Below are positions 56,907-64,000 of a stretch of 64,000 nt of DNA, in pieces. A model generated the notes under the pieces. That model saw only the letters and a program-made list of their open reading frames with translations, ran no database searches and was not told where the DNA came from. The DNA lies in the IMG/VR virus record IMGVR_UViG_3300008459_000033, positions 5,169 through 69,168 of that record; one strand, 5' to 3'. The stretch comes from a virus. Made by a program: the position numbers and the translations under genes. Each line of letters starts with the position of its first letter. The first letter of the stretch is position 1.

Positions 56907-57473
56907 ATGGCAAAATATCTTTCAACAAAAACGTACGGCAACGACAGGGGTTTATCTTGTTGTTTTAGACAATGGCGTAGTCGCCACAGCCATTGTTCAA
57001 CACTACACGGCTATTCAATCGGAATTAAATTAATATTTGAATCTGAAACATTAGACGATCGTAACTGGGTCATGGACTTTGGCGGACTCAAAGCATTTAA
57101 AGAGTGGAGCGAATACATGTTCGATCATACTTTGGTAATTGCTGAAGATGACCCACATTTGAATTTCTTTAAACAGATGGCCAATTTAGGAGATCCTCCT
57201 ACTAGCGGCACTGGAACAGGACCTGAAGGTGCCCCTCATGAACGTGGAGCAATATGTGATCTACGTATTGTAGAAGCGGTTGGTTGCGAAAAGTTTAGTG
57301 AAACTGCTTTTATGAAAATGAAAGATATTCTAGAAACATTCCAACGCGGAGAATCTTACACTTTAGAAAATGGTAAAATGTTTGAGTGCCGTTATCCTGT
57401 AGGCAAGGGTGTTAAACTTCGTTCAGTGGAAGTATTTGAACACCAAGCTAACTCCGCAAGTTATGAGGCATAA
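56907..57473 (+). CDS. queD: 6-carboxy-5,6,7,8-tetrahydropterin synthase/PTPS family
   Basis: HCSTLHGY, WVMDFG.LK, FDH, V.V.E...NSA.Y. Confidence 0.85.
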   Translation: MAKYLSTKTYGNDRGLSCCFRQWRSRHSHCSTLHGYSIGIKLIFESETLDDRNWVMDFGGLKAFKEWSEYMFDHTLVIAEDDPHLNFFKQMANLGDPPTSGTGTGPEGAPHERGAICDLRIVEAVGCEKFSETAFMKMKDILETFQRGESYTLENGKMFECRYPVGKGVKLRSVEVFEHQANSASYEA

Positions 57474-57632
57474 TTGCGTAGACTGTGGCACATTTGGGCA
57501 AAGGCCCTAGGAGAAAAAGCAGGTGCTACCGATCAGGAAGCTGATATGGTAGCACTTGTTCGAACTCTTATAGTATTGTGCTATATAATTACTAACCTGT
57601 TTATTATAGCAGGCGTTATAAGGCACTGGTAA
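57474..57632 (+). CDS. Small phage membrane protein (52 aa, absent from the ORF track)
   Basis: LWHIWAKALGEKAG..D.EAD.VA.VRT...ITN.FI.AGVIRHW; TTG start; stop overlaps the next ATG. Confidence 0.65.
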   Translation: MRRLWHIWAKALGEKAGATDQEADMVALVRTLIVLCYIITNLFIIAGVIRHW

Positions 57633-58327
57633 TGTTAAATGTAATATGCTTAAAACACGGTCAAAAGTATGGACCGGAATATGTAAACAATCTGTATAAC
57701 ATGATTCAGCGGCACTTAACTGTGCCACATAATTTTATCTGTTTTACTGATGACTCAGCAGGATTAAATGAAAACGTTAATGTAAGAATGCTGCCACCTA
57801 TGAACATTCAAGGATGGTGGTGGAAGCCTTTTATTTTTAAACGTGGTCATTTTAGTCCAACAGATGTTAATCTGTTCTTTGACCTAGACATGGTCATTGT
57901 TCGTAACATCAATCACTTTGTTGATTATTTGCCCGGACAATTTGTAGGACTGGAAGATGTAGGCCGAGTATGGGGTCATCGTCCTCCTAAGTTAGGCAGT
58001 GCTGTTCTTCGCTGGCAAGGTGACGACTACGACAAACTTTGGGCAACCATTGAAGCAGATCCAACAATAACTAGAAGATTCCAGGGCGATCAAGACTATA
58101 TTTGGAATGTGTGTCGACAAGACATACAGTTCTTTCCTGCAGATTGGATTAGAAGTTATAAGTGGGAAATTCGTAAACAAGACGAGCTAGTTAGACAGCA
58201 TAGCGGATATGTGTTTAGAGACGTTGCAGATCCAAAGGTTCCAAAATCAACAGCGGTACTAGCGTTCCACGGCACACCAAACCCACACGAAGTAAAAGAT
58301 CCCATCATTGTTGACAACTGGAAATAA
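57632..58327 (+). CDS. Glycosyltransferase (GT-A, GT8-like)
   Basis: KY..EYV..L, FICFTD, WWK, FFDLD, GDQDY, FHG.PNP. Confidence 0.8.
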   Translation: MLNVICLKHGQKYGPEYVNNLYNMIQRHLTVPHNFICFTDDSAGLNENVNVRMLPPMNIQGWWWKPFIFKRGHFSPTDVNLFFDLDMVIVRNINHFVDYLPGQFVGLEDVGRVWGHRPPKLGSAVLRWQGDDYDKLWATIEADPTITRRFQGDQDYIWNVCRQDIQFFPADWIRSYKWEIRKQDELVRQHSGYVFRDVADPKVPKSTAVLAFHGTPNPHEVKDPIIVDNWK

Positions 58328-58339
58328 CAATGCTATACT
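58311..58339 (+). promoter_or_regulatory. Sigma70 promoter
   Basis: TTGACA-17-TATACT with extended TGn. Confidence 0.7.
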
Positions 58340-58375
58340 AGCTTTTAATATTAATCCACCCGTTAAGGCTAGCTA

Positions 58376-58543
58376 ATGAAAATCCAGTTTAATAAAGATA
58401 CAATGCCCGACGAGTTGTATAATGCACTGTTAAAGCATTTTGTAAACGAAGCAGTTGGACTAGGTATAGAAGTCAACAAATTCACTGAGTTTAATAATTG
58501 GATAGTTGAATGTACTGTAAATGAGAAAGCGGCGGTGCATTAA
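58376..58543 (+). CDS. Small hypothetical protein (55 aa)
   Basis: TAAGG RBS; stop overlaps the uvsE ATG. Confidence 0.55.
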   Translation: MKIQFNKDTMPDELYNALLKHFVNEAVGLGIEVNKFTEFNNWIVECTVNEKAAVH

Positions 58544-59556
58544 TGATTAAGCGTATAGGCTTTGCCTGCAAACTCATCGACGGTCCTAGCCAAATTGATG
58601 GCATTAAACAAACCGATAACTGCAAACAATATAATACCAGTACCACTACTGTTGCTTGGTTAAATAGACAATCGCGGGCCGTTGCTGAAGAAAAATTGTG
58701 GGAGTTGATGAAACACAATATCGAAGCATGTCGCCTGCTTGTTGAAAAGGTAGGCACGTTTGATGAAAATCTTAGAATGGTACGACTCAGTAGCGATATA
58801 CTTCCTGTATATACTCAGCAGGATTGGAGCTGGTTTTGGCGGCTTCTCGATGTACGAGCCTATTGCGAAAGAGAATTTAGAAGGGTGGGAGATTTGGCTC
58901 GCCAGAATAACGTTCGCCTTAGTTTTCATCCCGGGCAGTTTACTGTGCTTGCATCTGAGTCTGACAATATTGTAGAACGATCAATTGAGGAGTTTGAATA
59001 TCATGCAGACATGGTTCGCTGGATGGGATTTGGTCAAACGTTTCAAGACTTTAAAATCAACGTTCATATCTCGGGTCGACGAGGCCCCGATGGAATACGT
59101 GCTGTTTTATCTCGTTTGAGCACCGAAGCACGTAACTGTATAACAATCGAAAATGAAGAAATCACACACAATCTTAATACCTGTTTGGAACTTGCTGACG
59201 TTGTTCCGATCGTACTTGACATACATCACCACTGGATTAACTCGGGCGAATATATTGATCCTAGCGATCAACGTGTTCAACGTGTTATTGATAGTTGGCG
59301 CGGTGTGCGCCCTACTTGTCATTACAGTGTTTCTCGCGAAGATGTACTCGTTGGTCATTCCAGTATCATCCGTCCCGATCTTCAGACCCTCTTAGACGCC
59401 GGCTACAAAAAAGGCAAACTTAGAGCACATTCGAACTTCTATTGGAATAAAGAAGTCAACGACTGGGCGATTCAGTTTAACGAACACTTTGACATCATGT
59501 GTGAAAGCAAGGCCAAAAATCTAGCTAGTTTTGCCTTCGCTGATTGCCTAAAATAA
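58543..59556 (+). CDS. uvsE: UV-damage endonuclease
   Basis: RIGFAC, RLSS.I.P, RLSFHPGQF.VL, IEN, DIHHH, RAHS, IMCE.K.K. Confidence 0.92.
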   Translation: MIKRIGFACKLIDGPSQIDGIKQTDNCKQYNTSTTTVAWLNRQSRAVAEEKLWELMKHNIEACRLLVEKVGTFDENLRMVRLSSDILPVYTQQDWSWFWRLLDVRAYCEREFRRVGDLARQNNVRLSFHPGQFTVLASESDNIVERSIEEFEYHADMVRWMGFGQTFQDFKINVHISGRRGPDGIRAVLSRLSTEARNCITIENEEITHNLNTCLELADVVPIVLDIHHHWINSGEYIDPSDQRVQRVIDSWRGVRPTCHYSVSREDVLVGHSSIIRPDLQTLLDAGYKKGKLRAHSNFYWNKEVNDWAIQFNEHFDIMCESKAKNLASFAFADCLK

Positions 59557-59561
59557 TCAAA

Positions 59562-59590
59562 AGAAAAGCGGGTTTAATCCCGCTTTCTTA
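59562..59590. terminator. Bidirectional terminator between convergent genes
   Basis: AAAGCGGG/CCCGCTTT stem with A/T flanks. Confidence 0.75.
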
Positions 59591-59602
59591 TATGCAAAAA
59601 AA

Positions 59603-59851
59603 TTAAACTGCCTTTTTAGGTGCAGGCTTTTTACCAGCTGGCTTTTTGGCCGGTGCTGGTTTTTTTGCAAATTGCTGCTTTTTAGGGGCAGCTTTCTTAG
59701 GTGCAGGAGTTGGTGCAGGAGTTGCTGCCACTACTGGCTTGACCTCTTCTACTACAACTGGTGCTGCATTTACTGCTTCTACTTTGTATGGTACTTCAGC
59801 TGCGGGTGCTACTGGCTTTCCAAACATAAACTCTTTAATTGCTTTGAACAT
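59603..59851 (-). CDS. Ala/Pro/Lys-rich small protein
   Basis: AAGGAGG RBS; PAKK repeats. Confidence 0.75.
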   Translation of the reverse strand: MFKAIKEFMFGKPVAPAAEVPYKVEAVNAAPVVVEEVKPVVAATPAPTPAPKKAAPKKQQFAKKPAPAKKPAGKKPAPKKAV

Positions 59852-59878
59852 TTAAGTTCCTCCTTAGATTTTTATTTA

Positions 59879-60166
59879 TTAGTACTTGCCCACCGGCAAC
59901 TCGGTACTGGCTGGCATATCCCAAATACTCTTTCGCTCAACACTCTTTCGTTGAGCAAATTGTTTACTATCACAGTTACTACAGCAATGAAAATAATGAT
60001 TGCTTAATCTCTTACTGCTGATCTTTTTAAGCTCTCGTTGAAACTCTGTACCACAATTGTCACAAATAAACAATGCTAGGGTTTTAGTCCTAGTATATTC
60101 GTGAATAGTGCCCAATTTACTAGGTCTTTCGTAGACAACCATTTTAGTTTCGCACTTAATATACAT
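59879..60166 (-). CDS. Small zinc-binding protein
   Basis: CDNC...HCCSNC. Confidence 0.7.
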   Translation of the reverse strand: MYIKCETKMVVYERPSKLGTIHEYTRTKTLALFICDNCGTEFQRELKKISSKRLSNHYFHCCSNCDSKQFAQRKSVERKSIWDMPASTELPVGKY

Positions 60167-60236
60167 TATGTATTTACATTAGGCTTATAAAAAATTTGAA
60201 TAAATATTAGAGTAACCACATTTATTGGAACGAAAC

Positions 60237-63200
60237 ATGACTAGAAAAGTAATTGACGTTGGCCTATCCAACAACGACGGCACAGGCGATAGTATTCGCG
60301 ATTCGTTTAAGAAAGTAAACGACAACTTTCAAGAACTGTACGGCTCTTTAGGACTCGGCGAAAGATTAAGGTTTATTAATCTTGACGACTCACCGGGTTC
60401 TTATCTTGGGCAACAGGGAAAACTCCTAGTAGTAAATCAAGCACAAAACGGTCTATCGTTTAAAACCCTAACATCAGGTGCGTCAATGGCCATTGACGTT
60501 GACGAAAATGCTGGTACAATTACTCTAAGACCGTTAAATCAAGACGTGGCCAGCGATACAACACCTCAATTAGGTGGTGACCTAGATGCTAGATTCAACG
60601 GTATTAATCACAAGATTTTTAATTTGCCTAGTCCAGCAGGTCCAACTGAAGCTGTTAATAAAACTTATGCAGATACAAAAATATCTTTGGCGGGCGTTGA
60701 TGCCATTGATCCAGAGACTGGACTTAATAATACCGCATTTGGTACAATGTCTGGTGCGTTGGTACTTTCAAGAAATCCACGAACTTCAGACGATGCTGAC
60801 TACGAAGGGCTAATTGCAGCCACTAAAAATTATGTTGATCTATCAACCTTTAAGAGTACTGCCTCAATTTATGTAAATCTTGGAGGTGCCGATAACAGAG
60901 ACGATATACCAGAAGATAAAAAAGGTAGATCTCCAGCTTATGCGTTTAGAACACTAGAACGTGCATTAAAAGAAGCCGAGAAAATAATTGCAGATAGTTT
61001 ATATGAGTTAAGTGTATATCAAAAGAGATTAGTATACAATGACGGCATTCCGTGTACATTGACCAAAATTGAACCAGCACTAGATTCTGGTTCCGGCGGT
61101 GTTATTATTCCAAGAATGTCGGTTGACACATTTTCATTGAGAAATCCTGGCACTGGCTATAAAGCAGGTGATGTATTGCAAATGGGATTACCATCTAGCC
61201 CAGGTACAGGTAGTAGCCGAGCTAGCATACAAATTTTAAGAGTTAGTAACGTTAATGGATCAATACTTTCATACGAAGTTATTGGTCGCGGAAACTATAC
61301 AGCATTACCGGGTGTTGTTGATGTTGGTACAACTTTATCAGTGGCTGTTACTGGCTCTGTTGGTGCTGGTGCAACATTTAATCTAACATATAAAGTATCA
61401 GAACTTAGTATTACACAAGCAGGTAGTGGATATGGTCCAATTAGTATTATCATCACAGGCGGTGGTGGTAGTGGTGCAGCGGCCAATGCAATTGTATCAA
61501 GTGGTACAATTACCGGCACTACATTGATATCTACCGGTAACGGATATACATCATTACCGACCATTTCTGTTTATCTACCTAGACTATTTGTATTCACAAA
61601 TGGTGCTAGAACAGATTTTTCGTCATCGCTGGATACACTGGCTAGAGATATTCGCGAGGGGCTAGGTATCAAAGGATTGACATCTGGCGCCATTGCCGAA
61701 ATACTAGCACATGATGCAAAATTAGATGATTCGTCAAGCGGGTATCCATTAGGCACAGGTAAGAACGAATTATTCGATATTGGTGTTATCAGCGGACAAT
61801 TTATTGAAGGGGAAGAATTAGCCTACGGTGAATTAATTAAAAATAAAAACATAACAGTTCAAATTGAAACTGGCACGTTTGAAGAAAACTTACCGTTAAG
61901 AGTTCCGGCAAATATTTCGATCGTTGGTGAAGAATTTCGTAGAACAAGTATTCGTCCAAAGCCAGGTGTAAGTACAAGTCCATATACACAAATTTATTTT
62001 AGACGTGATCCAGTAATTGACAATCTAAGAGTCACTGGGTTGTTTGGTATTAATCAAGCGTTAAACACCACTGCGACTCCGAGTGCAAGAAGTGGTATAA
62101 TTATTGTTACCCTTGGCAGCGGTAATACAAGTACCAATTGGCTTGGAAAAGTCTGGAAGACCAGTGCTCTACGTGGCGAAGGTATTATTACACAGATTAT
62201 TAACAGTACGCAGCTTAGAGTTAAAATTCACGACCAATTGTCTAGTATATCCACTATTGGTAGTGGTGCAACATTTACAGCAACTATCTCCGGAACTACA
62301 TTAACTGTGTCTGGAGTTAGTAACGGCACCATTGTAGACGGCATGGAAATTAATGCTGTGGGAGCAACTACTGTTGCAATTGGTACCTACATTATATCTC
62401 AACTTACTGGAACTACCGGTGGACAAGGTACATATCGTTTAAATCGCGGTAGCAATATCTTATCATCAACATCGATGTTCGGATCACAATGGCAAATCTA
62501 TACTGTCAATGAGTATGGTTATCATTATCTTACAGATCCAAGTAGACCAATTTATCCATTAATTGAGAACAGCGGTAACAATATTAATGCTGCAACTCTT
62601 CTCGGATTAAACAAATTATTCATCCAAGAAGAAGTAATCACAAACGTTAATCTTACCTTTACCGGCTACAACGAAGCTCTCTGCAAACGTGACGTTGGTC
62701 TAATGATAGATGCTATCATCTACGACCTAATCTACGGTGGGTATTCTAGATCAGTTGAAGCTGCATTAAAGTATTATCAAAGTGCCAGTGGACTAATTGC
62801 ACTAGGGTTAACTGGTAGCCAAGAAGCTGGATTTACTAATATTATTACTGGCAGTCAAAAGGCCAGTACGCTGGCTGCTATTGCTTATATCAATACTCTA
62901 GCAGAAAAAGTTGTTAAAAACGAACCAATTACTAGAACTAATACTAATGTCGAAGCTGTTCAAATTATCAACTTCTCGTTGACTAGAGAATCAACAGCGG
63001 TTGGTACAATCAGCGCATTGATTAATACAATCTATAACATGTTAGATAATCCAACCAATGTTAACTTTCCAAAAGATAACAGAGAAATGGATGTGTTCTT
63101 GATGAACGATGCTAACATCCTTAGACAAATTTCAGTACAAGGCCACGGAGGCTTTGCGCAGGTACTTGATCCAGAAGGACAGATCCTTAATAAGTCTCCT

Positions 63201-64000
63201 TACTCGCAGCAGGGTTCTATTTTCTCTGCAAGTAATAACAAACAAAGATTTGCCGGTGGCATGTTCATTGACGGTTATACCGGTAACCAACTGTATAGAG
63301 TTAGAAGTAAAACAACCGTTGGCAGCGAAGCAAACTATGTCTTTGAAGTTGACAAATTAGTTCGTAGACCGCAACTGCCCTGCACTTTTGTAGTTGAAGG
63401 CATTACCTATAAAGTTAATTATCTAAGAAATTATGTATTCAGTACAGGAGCAAATGGGTCTAGTGCTACATTAGTTTTAGATAGTTCAACACCATATACT
63501 AACACAATTGCCGGCATTATTACCGGATGCACCGGTAGTGGATCTGGATCAACTGCAAGAATTACATTTCCAACGCCTAGAGCTAGTGCTCCTTTTGTTG
63601 TTGGAAATAGAATTGACGTTAGTGGATTTGGTGGAGATGCCAGTGGTTACAACGGTATTCAAACCGTTACTGCATGTACAACTACGTATGTAGAATTTGC
63701 CAGTGGGGAAACAGATGCTGGCACAGGCGGTACAGTTGCGGAATCTTTTGAACTAATCACTGCTGGTTATCGCAGTATGTTGAGCAACGACTGGACACAG
63801 ATCAACGACATGGGCTACGGACTATTTGTTACAAATAGTGGTATCTCAGAAGCTGTTGGTATGTTTACTTACTATTGTTACAATGCGTACTATGCGTCCA
63901 ACGGTGGCGAGATACGTGCAGTTGGTGGTTCATCAGCACACGGAGTCTATGCGCTAAGAGCAGAAGGTGCAGATCCTAAAGAAGTACCAAATGCTGTTAC
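60237..64000 (+). CDS. Very large virion structural protein with baseplate-type N-terminus, 3'-truncated
   Basis: MTRKVIDVG..NDGTGDSIRDSFKKVNDNFQELY (T4 gp9/gp10-like N-terminal motif); same frame reads sensibly at the window end; TAAATA upstream. Confidence 0.8.
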   Translation, partial: MTRKVIDVGLSNNDGTGDSIRDSFKKVNDNFQELYGSLGLGERLRFINLDDSPGSYLGQQGKLLVVNQAQNGLSFKTLTSGASMAIDVDENAGTITLRPLNQDVASDTTPQLGGDLDARFNGINHKIFNLPSPAGPTEAVNKTYADTKISLAGVDAIDPETGLNNTAFGTMSGALVLSRNPRTSDDADYEGLIAATKNYVDLSTFKSTASIYVNLGGADNRDDIPEDKKGRSPAYAFRTLERALKEAEKIIADSLYELSVYQKRLVYNDGIPCTLTKIEPALDSGSGGVIIPRMSVDTFSLRNPGTGYKAGDVLQMGLPSSPGTGSSRASIQILRVSNVNGSILSYEVIGRGNYTALPGVVDVGTTLSVAVTGSVGAGATFNLTYKVSELSITQAGSGYGPISIIITGGGGSGAAANAIVSSGTITGTTLISTGNGYTSLPTISVYLPRLFVFTNGARTDFSSSLDTLARDIREGLGIKGLTSGAIAEILAHDAKLDDSSSGYPLGTGKNELFDIGVISGQFIEGEELAYGELIKNKNITVQIETGTFEENLPLRVPANISIVGEEFRRTSIRPKPGVSTSPYTQIYFRRDPVIDNLRVTGLFGINQALNTTATPSARSGIIIVTLGSGNTSTNWLGKVWKTSALRGEGIITQIINSTQLRVKIHDQLSSISTIGSGATFTATISGTTLTVSGVSNGTIVDGMEINAVGATTVAIGTYIISQLTGTTGGQGTYRLNRGSNILSSTSMFGSQWQIYTVNEYGYHYLTDPSRPIYPLIENSGNNINAATLLGLNKLFIQEEVITNVNLTFTGYNEALCKRDVGLMIDAIIYDLIYGGYSRSVEAALKYYQSASGLIALGLTGSQEAGFTNIITGSQKASTLAAIAYINTLAEKVVKNEPITRTNTNVEAVQIINFSLTRESTAVGTISALINTIYNMLDNPTNVNFPKDNREMDVFLMNDANILRQISVQGHGGFAQVLDPEGQILNKSPYSQQGSIFSASNNKQRFAGGMFIDGYTGNQLYRVRSKTTVGSEANYVFEVDKLVRRPQLPCTFVVEGITYKVNYLRNYVFSTGANGSSATLVLDSSTPYTNTIAGIITGCTGSGSGSTARITFPTPRASAPFVVGNRIDVSGFGGDASGYNGIQTVTACTTTYVEFASGETDAGTGGTVAESFELITAGYRSMLSNDWTQINDMGYGLFVTNSGISEAVGMFTYYCYNAYYASNGGEIRAVGGSSAHGVYALRAEGADPKEVPNAV

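Overview
64 kb of a large lytic dsDNA tailed (jumbo/T4-superfamily-like) phage; the host is probably proteobacterial, judging by consensus sigma70 promoters and an RpoZ with the MAR N-terminus. Standard genetic code. Four parts: (1) 2.2-31.7 kb: a dense tailoring-enzyme island with 11 radical SAM, about 12 2OG-Fe(II)/cupin oxygenases, a flavin halogenase, desaturase, GNAT, sulfotransferase, 2 SGNH, 2 SDR, a QueC-like ATPase and a pseudokinase, in short divergent operons headed by TAAATA late-promoter-like motifs. (2) 31.8-41.3 kb: a sigma70-driven RNA array with 31 CCA-ending tRNAs covering all 20 amino acids, a ~880-nt GOLLD-like RNA with an embedded tRNA-like domain, several unknown ~200-nt structured RNAs, six long-stem cassettes sharing an arm consensus, an HNH/tRNA-Pro insertion and rpoZ. 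The array is headed by a candidate leader-peptide attenuator whose 51-codon ORF uses all 20 amino acids and 39 different codons. (3) 41.4-50.9 kb: RNA-repair and stress-counter genes (phosphatase, phosphoesterase, HD (p)ppGpp hydrolase, kinase, Rnl1-like ligase), Hc1, thyX and hypotheticals. (4) 50.9-64 kb: tail-fibre/structural genes, glycosyltransferases, queD, uvsE and a large baseplate-type gene running off the window. All calls come from reading motifs by eye; no searches or folding programs were run.
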